From Octopus vulgaris (lineage: Eukaryota), in the NCBI GenBank assembly GCA_951406725.2, contig OX597831.1:56668001-56732000 (forward strand): a DNA stretch of 64,000 bases. The letters are read 5' to 3'. The position numbers and the translations under genes are program-made. Positions within the stretch are counted from its first letter, which is position 1; each line of letters begins with the position of its first letter. This document shows positions 12,460 to 26,330 of the stretch, piece after piece. A model generated the notes under the pieces. It did not search any database. It worked only from the letters and a program-made list of their open reading frames with translations, and had not been told where the DNA came from.

Positions 12460-12498
<39 letters not shown>

Positions 12499-12531
12499 AA
12501 AGAGAGTGTATCTTGTGTATGTCTATGTAAA

Positions 12532-12579
<48 letters not shown>

Positions 12580-12583
<4 letters not shown>

Positions 12584-13192
12584 TGCAGGAGTGGCTGTAT
12601 GGTAAGGTGGCGAGTTGGCAGAAATGTTAGCACGCCGAGCAAAATGCTTAGCTGTATTTCGTCTGCCACAACGTTCTGAGTTTAGATTCCACTGAGGTCA
12701 ACTTTGCATTTCATTCTTTCAGGTTCAATTAAATAAGTACCAGTTATGCACTGGTGTCGATATAATCAACTTAATTCGTTTGACTGTCCTTGTTTGTCCC
12801 CTCTGTGTGTAGCCCGTTGTGGGCAGTAAAAAATAAAATAAGCTTGTTTCTCAACCACATGGTTCCAGGTTCAGTTCCACTGTGTGGCATCTCAGGCAAG
12901 TGTCTTTTACTATAGCCTTGGGCTGACCGAAGCCTTCTCATTGGATTTGATAGACACAAACTGACAGAAGCCCGTTGTATATATATGTATATATATATCT
13001 ACATGTGTGTGTCTTTGTGTCTGTGTTTGTGCCCCCATCACTGCTTGACAACTGGTGTTGGTGTGTTTATATCCCCATAACTTAGCAGTTAGGATAAGTA
13101 CCGGGATTAAAAAATAAGTGCTGGAGTCAATTCATTTGACTAAAAATTCAAGCCGGTACCTCAGCATGGCTGCAGTCTCATAAGTAAAACAA
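12580..13192 (+). mobile_element. Nested SINEs: family C copy (12604-12838) inside a family B SINE head
   Basis: AGGTGCAGGAGTGGCTGTATGGTAAG is interrupted by GGTGGCGAGTTGGCAGAAATGTTAGCACGCC... and resumes at AGCTTGTTTCTCAACCACATGGTTCC. Confidence 0.75.
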
Positions 13193-13435
13193 GATACAAT
13201 GAGTGAAACAATGAGTGGAACAGGATAAACTAGGTAACAACAAATCGATTGTGGTTCACTACAGTTGTTTCTGATGCGTTTTTTATTCATGAATAGAAGT
13301 GTTACATCAGGCAACGGGTCCTTGAGGATTCATTGTATATTCAGTTTTGGCCATTTGTGATAATACACACAACTGGAGTATAAATCCGTGTTTACTTCGA
13401 TAAGTGCGTATTTGTCTCCAAATATTGTTTTACAC

Positions 13436-13709
13436 CAGTGGTTCTCAAATTTTTCGGGCTGCCACTCCCTTGACACCCAGGCCACATTCCTAGTGCCCCC
13501 ACCCCAACTAAACATCACAAACAGAGACCTCTTTCTGAAGCAAATTCAAAGCAACTGTATTTCACAAATAAAACTTAACCTAATGAACCCATTATTTTGT
13601 TGTTTTTACATGAATTACTACCCTGTTATCACCCCACTTTTCTTCAATGCCCCCTTGAAACTTTCCACTGCCCCCAGGAAGGTAATACCACCCACTTTGG
13701 GAACCACTG
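13436..13709. mobile_element. hAT (Charlie-like) MITE (duplicate 21836-22109)
   Basis: TIRs CAGTGGTTCTCAAA / TTTGGGAACCACTG; perfect 8-bp TSD TTTTACAC at 13428-13435 and 13710-13717. Confidence 0.92.
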
Positions 13710-14393
13710 TTTTACACAGTAGCGATATCACCAACCTGACCTTGGTGCTTTACTATTTAAGTACTTGATTCATTTGAATCCTGAAATTTTATATGTATAT
13801 ATATGTATACACTTATATATATATAATACAAAATGGGACAAGAATGCAAAACATCCAGACAGTTAGGTGATACAAAAAAGGGGATAACAAAACATCCAGA
13901 TAGACGATACAAAGAAAACAAGGATGGGCCATTCGGAGTTTTCTTTCCTCAGTCGAGTTCCAGATTATCTTTGCAATTTCGGCTGGTTATACTCAAGATT
14001 GCTCCAATCTGGCCAGCCCCAAGGAAAAACTAATTCAAGAGCATTAGATTCCTTGGAAGAAAGCAGCGAATGTATATGAAAACAAGGACTGAAAAAAATG
14101 GAGAATGTTACACAAATACAAATAACAGGACATAACAACAGGTGTCTTTCGACTAAGGATGAATTAAATAAAGCTGGCATGTGTGTGTGTGCGCACGTGC
14201 GTGTATGTGTGTGTGTGTGAATCTGTTGATGAGCACAGAGTTACAAAATCAGAGTGTTACCTAACACTCTGTTGAACCCCTAGTGCGAAACCAATTGGTA
14301 AGATCAGCTGTAATGGATATTTAGAACTGTATGTTTCAATTAATATATATATATAAATATATATATACTTATTTATGTATGTATGTATGTATG

Positions 14394-14442
<49 letters not shown>

Positions 14443-15438
14443 GTGTGTGTACATGTGTGTGTACGTATGTGTTTTCATTAATATCAGCACCAAGCAGTGT
14501 TTTGGCATAATTGAACTTTAGAGCAGTTAAAATATGTTTGTGACATATTTCAACTTCCAAAGGCAAAATCACTGCAGTTACCATGTAGAAAAATTCTCTC
14601 TTATGGTAAAAGGTATAAAAACACACTATCTAGGAATGAAAACAAAGCAATACTGATTGCCAAGAAGTGGGAGGACAAACATAAACACACACATACACAA
14701 CAGGCTTCCATACAGTTTCCATCTACCAAATTCATTCACAAGACATTAATTTGCCTAGGGCTATAATAGAAGGCATTTTTCCAAGGTATTGTTCAATGGG
14801 ACTGAACCCCAAACCATGTAGGTACAAAGCAAACTTCTTAATCACATAGCAATGCCTGCCAAAATATTTTGTGCAACTTTTTATGAAATTGATCTGGTAA
14901 CACTGACTAGGAGGTTGGTTTATATGCTTACAATAGAGCAAGCTCTACTAAAGACTTAAGAGGACTGAGTGATGGTGTTAAAATGAGTGGCATGTTTGAG
15001 CCAGTGAATAAAAAATTTAACTTCAAAATTTTTTAAAACACTAGAGAGAAAACATTCAAATAATCAGACCCAGATTGGCCCTGATCAAACAGACCTATGT
15101 TTTAAAGTATTTCAGTTGTGTCCAATGACATCTCTTATTCAGACAGAGAGTATGTATAGCTACAAGAAACTTGGTTACTATTTCTAGCTGATCAAATGAC
15201 TGTATAGAGGTCCCTTCTTATTATTCAGACATAAAGAATGTGGGACTATATTATTCAAAGTGTCCTTTTTCTTCTTCAGATGGTTACTCTTTTACTCTTT
15301 TACTTGTTTCAGTCATTTGACTGTGGCCATGCTGGAGCACCACCTTTAGTCGAGCAAATTGACCCCGGGACTTATTCTTTGTAAGCCCAGTACTTATTCT
15401 ATCGGTCTCTTTTGCCGAACCGCTATGTGACGGGGACG

Positions 15439-15538
15439 NNNNNNNNNNNNNNNNNNNNNNNNNNNNNNNNNNNNNNNNNNNNNNNNNNNNNNNNNNNNNN
15501 NNNNNNNNNNNNNNNNNNNNNNNNNNNNNNNNNNNNNN
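15439..15538. other. Assembly gap (100 N)
   Basis: Run of exactly 100 n. Confidence 0.99.
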
Positions 15539-15822
15539 TTTTGATGATGTAGCGCCGATATAGAGGAAGACATTGGATCCAGTATAAACTCTGCACTGAT
15601 AAATGGCGTTTCTAATTTTGGAGTTGTTTGATAAGAACCTTAATCTATTGGGATTGGTTTCCGGTACTAATACAGCGTTCTTATTACTATGATGGTTGTA
15701 AAAACTACTGCTGGATTCGATACTATTCACCCCATTATCATTCGATACTATTCACCCCATTATCCTCATGAGCAGTTGTCAAAAAGCTTGTTGTGCATTT
15801 TGTTGGAGAATTAAGTTGCTGG

Positions 15823-15908
15823 ATTTTCCTGAAGAGAAAGCTGCATAATGGACTCCTTATTCAATCGGAATTAGGGACTTTGCAGACTTCGAAACATATG
15901 TCGAAAAT
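15823..15908 (+). ncRNA. Hammerhead ribozyme copy inside the duplicated block
   Basis: Identical to 7407-7492 at offset +8416. Confidence 0.75.
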
Positions 15909-16262
15909 AAAATAAAGGAATTTTGTTAAATCAACTCCATTCTTTCCTATACTTAATATATAAAACTTCAAATTTCCGCACTAAGGCACGGATTTTATGC
16001 CCTATGGTCGTAACTTCAACCGTGCCCTTTCTGTTGTGAATTTTGCTACCCAGGCATCGGTTATCTTTCGAATTATCCGTAATAAGATAATTCATTTGTC
16101 TACTTATATATATGTATATATATGTATGTATATATCAATTGTACTAACAGCGGTGGTGCCCCAGCATAGCCGCGGCCTTCGGGCTAAAACATTTTTAAGG
16201 ATTTAAGGATATATATGTATGTATATACATATATGTATATATGTATGTATATATATGTATGT

Positions 16263-16306
<44 letters not shown>

Positions 16307-17898
16307 TATATATCTCTGTGTGTGTCTTTGTGTCTGTGTTTGTTCCCCCATCACTACTTGACAGTTGGTGTTGGTGTGTTTACATCCCCATAACTTAATG
16401 GTTTGGCAAAAGAGTCCAATAGAATAAGTACTAAGCTTAAGAAATAAGTCTTGGGGTTGATTTGTTGGACTAAAATCCTTCAGGGTGGTGCTCCAGCATG
16501 GCTGCTGTCAAATGACTGAAAAAAGTAAAGGAACACATATGCACAACAGGCTTCTTTCAGTTTCCATCTGCCAAATTCGCTCACAAGGCTTTGTGATGCA
16601 GTAGAAGATACATGCTCGAGGTGCTGAGAAGTAGGATAGAACCCGAAACCACATCAAGACCAGTTGGGAAGCAAGGTTCTTAGCCATACTGCCACGCCTG
16701 CACCTACAGAAAAGCACCAATTCCATATTGACACAGAAGGAGTCTCAGGTAGCGATGACGTCATTATCCAATGTCAATGTGTCCTTCCTCTTTTCAGGAT
16801 GGTGGGCTAGGATAAAAAACAAAACAAAAGTAAACAAGACATATTTGAATCCTGCCCTACTGTTCTAAAAAAAAAAATAAACGTAGTGAGAACACATTAG
16901 ATAATGAGTTAGTTCTACATATAATAGACTAGAAAAAAGAAAACAGGATGATTATTATTAGAATGCCTTTCATAGTAGATCTGTAAAATCAGGTCTGACC
17001 TACAACAGTTAAATAACATCAATTTTCATACACTCTATATTGTTTCTCCCTTGCCTAATCCCCACCCACACCCCCTTCCACCTGAAGTCAAGAACAACAA
17101 GGAAAATATTCTCACTTTCTACAAATGGTAAGCTGTCATGTGATAACCCCACTACTTCCTTTCTTTCACATCTATAACGTTGCTAAGACTACGTTGTAAA
17201 AGTCTGTACTTTGTATGGCAACAAAACAATTCTATTCCAAACAGTCACTAATACTCTATAAGGCCTATGTGCACCTCACATTAGATTACTGATCACTGTC
17301 TTAAACATTACTGCAACTACTCACACACACACTTGAACATTCTTGAGGGGATCCATAAAAGGCATCCCAAATTGTAAGTAATCTTTCACACTAAAACACT
17401 GTCATCCCATTCACCGAGGTTTGTTGTCATTTGCCTCTTCCATCATAGACTTCTGCTGCATAGACTTCTGCTTCTCTCATCTAGTAAATCACATACTTAC
17501 TACCTCAGTAAAAGAAGAGATCCCAAGCCAGCATAAAACCTCTATGTGGATGCCTGACCTGCTAGAAATAGCAGCCAAACTTCTTCACTCAAAACCATGC
17601 CTTAACATCTTAAAAAATAGAACATATTATATACAGTAGTTCTGAAAATAAGACATGATCATAGATCATGTTTGGACTGCTCCAATCATAAATCTGCTTA
17701 GATTAGAGTTGATCTCAGATCAACTATGATCAAACAAATGATGTGATGTAATCACATCTTCTCAGGCCACTCCTACCAAGTCTCACTCCCTGCAGCTCAT
17801 ACCAAATATTTTGCTAATCACATCCTCCATAAACTACAACCCTCTCAACTCCCTTACTTTCAATCTTTTCTTTTCAAACATAAATTTGAAAAAGTTCC

Positions 17899-17929
<31 letters not shown>

Positions 17930-17976
17930 TGTATGTATGTATGTATGTATGTATGTATGTATGTATGTGTGTATGA

Positions 17977-18018
<42 letters not shown>

Positions 18019-18696
18019 CACTTTCGAGTGCTACTGGTAACATGTAACCCAGTATAACCTGTTGCATGGTCGGGTCGTCAGCGACTAAACTGGCAACCCC
18101 ACCAAGCTTGCTTGGTGAGGAGGGTGTTTATTGGACACCCTGCGGGATGAAAAACAAAACCCGTCAAAGGGCGGAGGAACTCTTGAGAGTCAATGGCCAT
18201 CCAATAAATGTCTTAAAGATGTATCATGCGCAGGGACAGAGAAATAATCGAACTGAATACCCGATCACACGGTTAAACCATTGGGAGTGAAGGACTCCTA
18301 GCCTTTGTTAGGGCATCCTTCTAGAAGGTAACTCAGGTAACTGGGATAACTCCGACATAAAACCTGTGGCTAAGTGGTTACCGATGATGTTGACTTGTTC
18401 TTCTTTTTGGATTATGGTTGCTGTTGCTTAGTGAGTGGGATTGACTCAGTGCACAGCCTTTCCTCACTTTAAAAAAAATCTTCTTGCACAAGCATTGCAC
18501 GATAACAACATTGATTAAGCTTCGTGCAATGGCCTTACTCGATAACGAGGTGGCAGTCACCATGTATGTATGTATGTATGTATGTATGTATGTATGTATG
18601 TATGTATGTTTGTATGTATTAGATAAAGATAGTTATAACTGATCTATGGGGTTACTTAGAATGTACTTCTCTTTTGGATTTATGATTTACTGATAA

Positions 18697-18727
<31 letters not shown>

Positions 18728-20452
18728 CATGTGTTGTACCCAATAATGTCTATTACACATTCCATCTCTTATTTTATTAATACTGTTACCCCAACCGCCA
18801 CAACAAAGTTCCTGCAGTAAATCTACAGATAACAACAGGTATTCGAAACTGTGCCAGTGTTTTACTCATCATCCATTTATACATTTTGTACAATTTCTCC
18901 ATTATATATCTGTGTATGTGTGTGTGTGTGTGTGTATAAAACTTTGCTGCATTGACCTCACTAGACAAGAGGACAAGAGTTGTGACTACTACCTTCTTTT
19001 TTAGACTAAATTTAAAAATAAGTCAATCTAGGTTTATTGTGTCTCCTTCTCTCATTCCTTTATACAATTGACAGAAATATTTGACCTAGTATTAAATCAT
19101 AAACTTAAATGAAAATAAAGGAAATAGTTCTCTAAACATGTCAGTAATGTATTAACTAAAATAGCCACAAATATCTGAATGAAATTGTTTTGATATTTAC
19201 CTATCAGTGTGAATATTACATTTTTTTCTTGATTTTGTCTATGTTTTGCATAACTGATTTGGTTTTCCAAACAATTTATAGCTTGTCAATTATATGACAT
19301 GCTAAATACAGTAGGGGTATATATTTTAGTTGTTTGTATATTCTAGCCACTGTCCATATGAGATTTTGAGAATCGGTGCACAGTATCACTGTGTATCATT
19401 AGAGACAATCCAAAGGATTGGCAATAGGAAAGGCATCCAGCTATAAAATGCTGCCCCAAAACTGGACCTGTTTAAACCCATGCCAGCATAGAAAATTAGA
19501 CATAAGAGGATAATGATATATTTTTCTAATGTTACTGGAAAGGAGTTGTGTTTACAAGCTTTTATCAACATTGTAAGTGCTTTTTGTCATATCAGATAGA
19601 ATATACAATTTGCTACAACTTCAGGAATACTTTAGGTCTTTAAGCAAAAAATCTTGAAAGTTATTAGAATATTCTTTTTTTTTTTTTACATTACCTCCGG
19701 CATCAGTCAACAACCAGGTGTCCTCCCTGTGTCTAGGAACTGGCTTGCCAAGACTCTCCAGTTGCCTCTATGCTGTGCTGTATACATACATTCAACCAGG
19801 CTCTGTTTTCTTATCCATTCCTTGATGCTGTCAGTCCATAAATGTCTCTGACTTTGTATGTCCAAAATATGATAGCTTTGTGAACTCAATTCTCAACAAC
19901 AGGTGTCTTTGGACTTTCAGCTTTTCTAGGACTGCAATGCTTGAAGCTTTCCAGGGTGTCAATCTGCAGAGGATATTTTTGCATTTTGAAATTAAATTTC
20001 ATAACTAGAAATTCTTTGTGGAATCACTTTGCGATGAAGTGCGCCTTCCTATGTATGTATTTAATAATTTAATAAAATTTCCTGCCTTCTTGACTCAGTT
20101 TTTTTTGTCTAACTCATGCCAATATGGAAAAGGTAGACATCAAAACCACAACAATGATATCTCAAATAACTTGCTATAAACATCAAGATGAAAAGACAAA
20201 TTTTAATCCAGTGACTGTCAAGGGAGGTGATCCAGTGTATATGATCTAGCAGGCTCTCATGTGAAATATTGGGCTACAGGTAGTAAATTATGCTGCTCTT
20301 TTACAACAGCATACTAATTTTTTTTTCCATTTTAATTTTAAATAAGGCTACTTTCTGCTTTGCAATTTTGAAGTTTAAGAAGCTTTGGATTACGTAACTC
20401 AGAATGACTCTCCGAGCAATTCTAGGATTGCTTGGAGGCTAGTTCCAATTTA

Positions 20453-20484
<32 letters not shown>

Positions 20485-20859
20485 GTGTGTATGTATGTGT
20501 GTGTGTATGTATGTATGTATGAATGTATGTATGCGAGTGTGAGTCTGTATGTATGTGTGTATGCCTATATGAGCACGTGTGTGTGTATATGTATGTCTTC
20601 ATATATTCATTTAACATCTGTTTTTTCCATGCTAGCATGGGTTAGATGTGGAGTTATGCAAGGCAAGATTTTATGGCTTGATGCTCTTCATGTTGCCAAC
20701 CCGCACCTGTTTTTTAAGTAAGGGACATTCTTTTTATTCCAGAGGTCTTTGAATGCAAAGAACAGCCATTCATAATGTCAACAGGGAATGACAACATCCT
20801 CTTTTCACTCAAGCAGCATCAAATACAGAATATCAACATCCACAAATCCTTACTGACAT

Positions 20860-20900
<41 letters not shown>

Positions 20901-20933
20901 AAAGAGAGTGTATCTTGTGTATGTCTATGTAAA

Positions 20934-20983
<50 letters not shown>

Positions 20984-22793
20984 TGCAGGAGTGGCTGTAT
21001 GGTAAGGTGGCGAGTTGGCAGAAATGTTAGCACGCCGAGCAAAATGCTTAGCTGTATTTCGTCTGCCACAACGTTCTGAGTTTAGATTCCACTGAGGTCA
21101 ACTTTGCATTTCATTCTTTCAGGTTCAATTAAATAAGTACCAGTTATGCACTGGTGTCGATATAATCAACTTAATTCGTTTGACTGTCCTTGTTTGTCCC
21201 CTCTGTGTGTAGCCCGTTGTGGGCAGTAAAAAATAAAATAAGCTTGTTTCTCAACCACATGGTTCCAGGTTCAGTTCCACTGTGTGGCATCTCAGGCAAG
21301 TGTCTTTTACTATAGCCTTGGGCTGACCGAAGCCTTCTCATTGGATTTGATAGACACAAACTGACAGAAGCCCGTTGTATATATATGTATATATATATCT
21401 ACATGTGTGTGTCTTTGTGTCTGTGTTTGTGCCCCCATCACTGCTTGACAACTGGTGTTGGTGTGTTTATATCCCCATAACTTAGCAGTTAGGATAAGTA
21501 CCGGGATTAAAAAATAAGTGCTGGAGTCAATTCATTTGACTAAAAATTCAAGCCGGTACCTCAGCATGGCTGCAGTCTCATAAGTAAAACAAGATACAAT
21601 GAGTGAAACAATGAGTGGAACAGGATAAACTAGGTAACAACAAATCGATTGTGGTTCACTACAGTTGTTTCTGATGCGTTTTTTATTCATGAATAGAAGT
21701 GTTACATCAGGCAACGGGTCCTTGAGGATTCATTGTATATTCAGTTTTGGCCATTTGTGATAATACACACAACTGGAGTATAAATCCGTGTTTACTTCGA
21801 TAAGTGCGTATTTGTCTCCAAATATTGTTTTACACCAGTGGTTCTCAAATTTTTCGGGCTGCCACTCCCTTGACACCCAGGCCACATTCCTAGTGCCCCC
21901 ACCCCAACTAAACATCACAAACAGAGACCTCTTTCTGAAGCAAATTCAAAGCAACTGTATTTCACAAATAAAACTTAACCTAATGAACCCATTATTTTGT
22001 TGTTTTTACATGAATTACTACCCTGTTATCACCCCACTTTTCTTCAATGCCCCCTTGAAACTTTCCACTGCCCCCAGGAAGGTAATACCACCCACTTTGG
22101 GAACCACTGTTTTACACAGTAGCGATATCACCAACCTGACCTTGGTGCTTTACTATTTAAGTACTTGATTCATTTGAATCCTGAAATTTTATATGTATAT
22201 ATATGTATACACTTATATATATATAATACAAAATGGGACAAGAATGCAAAACATCCAGACAGTTAGGTGATACAAAAAAGGGGATAACAAAACATCCAGA
22301 TAGACGATACAAAGAAAACAAGGATGGGCCATTCGGAGTTTTCTTTCCTCAGTCGAGTTCCAGATTATCTTTGCAATTTCGGCTGGTTATACTCAAGATT
22401 GCTCCAATCTGGCCAGCCCCAAGGAAAAACTAATTCAAGAGCATTAGATTCCTTGGAAGAAAGCAGCGAATGTATATGAAAACAAGGACTGAAAAAAATG
22501 GAGAATGTTACACAAATACAAATAACAGGACATAACAACAGGTGTCTTTCGACTAAGGATGAATTAAATAAAGCTGGCATGTGTGTGTGTGCGCACGTGC
22601 GTGTATGTGTGTGTGTGTGAATCTGTTGATGAGCACAGAGTTACAAAATCAGAGTGTTACCTAACACTCTGTTGAACCCCTAGTGCGAAACCAATTGGTA
22701 AGATCAGCTGTAATGGATATTTAGAACTGTATGTTTCAATTAATATATATATATAAATATATATATACTTATTTATGTATGTATGTATGTATG

Positions 22794-22836
<43 letters not shown>

Positions 22837-23676
22837 GTGTGTGTACATGTGTGTGTACGTATGTGTTTTCATTAATATCAGCACCAAGCAGTGTTTTGGC
22901 ATAATTGAACTTTAGAGCAGTTAAAATATGTTTGTGACATATTTCAACTTCCAAAGGCAAAATCACTGCAGTTACCATGTAGAAAAATTCTCTCTTATGG
23001 TAAAAGGTATAAAAACACACTATCTAGGAATGAAAACAAAGCAATACTGATTGCCAAGAAGTGGGAGGACAAACATAAACACACACATACACAACAGGCT
23101 TCCATACAGTTTCCATCTACCAAATTCATTCACAAGACATTAATTTGCCTAGGGCTATAATAGAAGGCATTTTTCCAAGGTATTGTTCAATGGGACTGAA
23201 CCCCAAACCATGTAGGTACAAAGCAAACTTCTTAATCACATAGCAATGCCTGCCAAAATATTTTGTGCAACTTTTTATGAAATTGATCTGGTAACACTGA
23301 CTAGGAGGTTGGTTTATATGCTTACAATAGAGCAAGCTCTACTAAAGACTTAAGAGGACTGAGTGATGGTGTTAAAATGAGTGGCATGTTTGAGCCAGTG
23401 AATAAAAAATTTAACTTCAAAATTTTTTAAAACACTAGAGAGAAAACATTCAAATAATCAGACCCAGATTGGCCCTGATCAAACAGACCTATGTTTTAAA
23501 GTATTTCAGTTGTGTCCAATGACATCTCTTATTCAGACAGAGAGTATGTATAGCTACAAGAAACTTGGTTACTATTTCTAGCTGATCAAATGACTGTATA
23601 GAGGTCCCTTCTTATTATTCAGACATAAAGAATGTGGGACTATATTATTCAAAGTGTCCTTTTTCTTCTTCAGATG

Positions 23677-24082
23677 GTTACTCTTTTACTCTTTTACTTG
23701 TTTCAGTCATTTGACTGTGGCCATGCTGGAGCACCACCTTTAGTCGAGCAAATCGACCCCGGGACTTATTCTTTGTAAGCCCAGTACTTATTCTATCGGT
23801 CTCTTTTGCCGAACCGCTATGTGACGGGGACGTAAACACACCAGCATCGGTTGTCAAGCAATGCTAGGGAGACAAACATACACACACAAACACACATACA
23901 TATATATATATACATATATATATGACAGGCTTCTTTCAGTTTCCGTCTACCAAATCCACTCACAAGGCATTGGTCGGCCCGAGGCTATAGTAGAAGACAC
24001 TTGCCCAAGATTCCACGCAGTGGGACTAATCCCGGAACCATGTGGTTGGTTAGCAAGCTACTTACCACACAGCCACTCCTGT
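23677..24082 (-). mobile_element. tRNA-derived SINE, family B (full length, internal (TA)n, AGTAAAAG tail)
   Basis: Highly similar copies at 34250-34648 (-), 40968-41381 (-), 51857-52263 (+), 61740-62151 (-) and many degraded ones. Confidence 0.88.
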
Positions 24083-25559
24083 ACAATTTTAGAGAGACTT
24101 GGTTGCTATTTCTAGCAAATCAAATGATTGTGTAGGGGACTCCTTTTTTCCTACTGAAATTGAAATTGAAACTTGAGTTTAAATTGCTTCAGCCACACCA
24201 GCCTGGGAAAGTGTGCACATGCTTAGACATTACTCATCTCCACTTAAACATTAAAAAAATAATACTGTAATTTAAACCAAGTTACAGACTAGTGTGCATA
24301 AAACTGATTTTTATATTTGATGTAACCTCATCTTTTATGCCATTCACTTTTATACCATTCATTTTCAATCAGTACATCTTCAAATCCTCAATTTCATCAT
24401 CATCATCATAACCACCAACACCACATCTTTTATCTGCTTTTCATGCTTAAAGGTTGAGGTCATCATGATCCAAGTCAATTCTTATTCAGACTTACTGCTT
24501 TTCTAAGCAGGTCAGATGCCTGTGTCTCACTTAAAAAAAAACTTTCCCTTTTTTGACATAGTTACAAAAGCTACGTGTCTTTCCTAACACCCACCACTGT
24601 ACAGAGTGTATTGAATGTATTTTATCATGGCACTAGCACTAGAGAGGTGATCATGTCTTCAGACAGACTAAAATATTCTCTCAACTCTGCATTGTCTCTT
24701 ATTTGCTAACTACTTTACTGAGTATCATTTCTATATAAATAAATTTCATTAAAACATCTTTATTGCTGCTCACATATCTTTATCTTCCTATCAGCAGCTC
24801 ACACCCACCTGTATATAATGTGGTGTAGTCATGTATCTTGTCTATAACAAGACCCCTGTATGTCCCTCTCTATCATACTTTAGCCTCTCAGCACCTGCCA
24901 TAAAGCTACATACCCCTCTCTGCAACTTCCTCCACTTAGTCAAGGGAGCTTGTTTACCTGTCTTTTTCTGTCTTGGAAGTTGCATGGCAGTCTCAATGTG
25001 CCAGTGGCATGAAAAAAGCACCCAGTACACATTGAAAAGTAGTAGGAAGGGCTTCCAGCTGTGGAAATCATACCAAAGCTAACATTGGAACTTGACATAG
25101 CTCTGCAGTTTGCCAGACCCTTTCAAACTGTCCAACCCGTGCCAGCATGGAAAATAGATGTTAAATGTTACAATGATGATAATGACAATATTGTCAATGC
25201 TCTTTTTCTACAAGGTTCTATAGAACCACTCCTTAACCCTGCCTTCTTTAGCATGAATTAGACATGAGTCATATCTTATCTTGGATAGGAAGTTTGTCTG
25301 TGGCAGATAACTTAGATGGAAGAGTTTGATCTAATTATGAAAGCACCGAAGCAATGTAAATTTAACTACATAATTCTGTAAAAAATTATTTTTACTGGTT
25401 GAATCAAGAAGATGGAGCAATGTCCATAGCCTTTGCTGACCCTCCAAGACTGGTGAACTTGATGTTATTAATGTTCCATTTAAACTGTTGCAAGTCAACA
25501 TTTGTAGTAGAGACACAGGCAGAGAGAAGATTCTAAGGAGAAAGGACTTGGAATAGTGC

Positions 25560-26330
25560 TTGTATGAGGATGCACCAAGAATGAAAAGAGATGGAAAGAT
25601 GAGTGGGTCTGGGCTCCCTGTATAGTGGAGGTATAAGACCAGGCCACTCTGAGAAGCAGAGGCTATTATAGTAGTGATAGAAAAGAGAGAAAGAAGAGAC
25701 AACATGCATGTGGGTCAGAAGCTGGAGCATGTTCATTAATGATTGATTTCCTGTTAGTCAAGCAGCCCTTCTCTGGATGCAGCCTTGGATGTCTATGTGC
25801 ATAGCAGCAGCATTGTCCCAGACATAAGAGCAATATTCCATTGTGGGCATCACTTGAGCTTGGTAGAGTGTCAGTAGTTGCTGTATGCTGAAATAATTTC
25901 TAGTCCCAAAGAGAAGGACCAGTGTTTGGAATGCAGACCTAGCTATGCCAAGGATGTGCTTTCACCAGGAGAGACCCTCAGTAATAGTGAGACACATAAT
26001 TTGAAGTGACTGTAAGGGCTCTAGCTGAGTGTTGCTCATGTTTAGTGGGGGTATGGTGCAGTGGAGTTTTCTTGATATGAGTTAATGTTTGAGCATTTTT
26101 GTTGTTAAAAGAGACAAGGTTAGCATGACCCTGTTACAGGATGGTCTGGAGGACTCCGTTTATGGAATCAATATTAGTTTGATATGAGGTGTCTAGGCTG
26201 CATGCGGGTGATGCATGGTCAGAGAAAGTAAGGAAGGAATGGAGAGTGTCGTCTACATAAGAATGGGTGTTGTTGGATGTGGTGGTAGCAAGTAGGCATG
26301 TTATTGATGTATAGAAAGAAGGGAGTCAAA
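25560..26330 (-). mobile_element. Degraded CR1/Zenon-type LINE RT and C-terminal region
   Basis: HSYVDDTLH (YADD equivalent), QLLTLYQAQVMPTMEYCSYVW, IQRRAA, VVSSFSLFYHYYNSLC.SE. Confidence 0.75.

Larger units (their letters stand above)
7123..23832 (+). repeat. ~8.3-kb near-identical tandem duplication (7123-15438 and 15539-23832) separated by a 100-N gap
   Basis: ORF track is repeated; the differences I saw are microsatellite/homopolymer lengths, a small indel (9484 vs 17900) and rare SNPs. Confidence 0.97.

Noticed and set aside
13388-13768. 126-aa ORF
   Set aside because: Reads through a hAT MITE defined by TIRs and an 8-bp TSD; no protein features.
7123-23832. Genuine segmental duplication with duplicated genes
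   Set aside because: Breakpoints coincide exactly with a 100-N scaffold gap and no supported gene lies inside; treated as a probable artefact.
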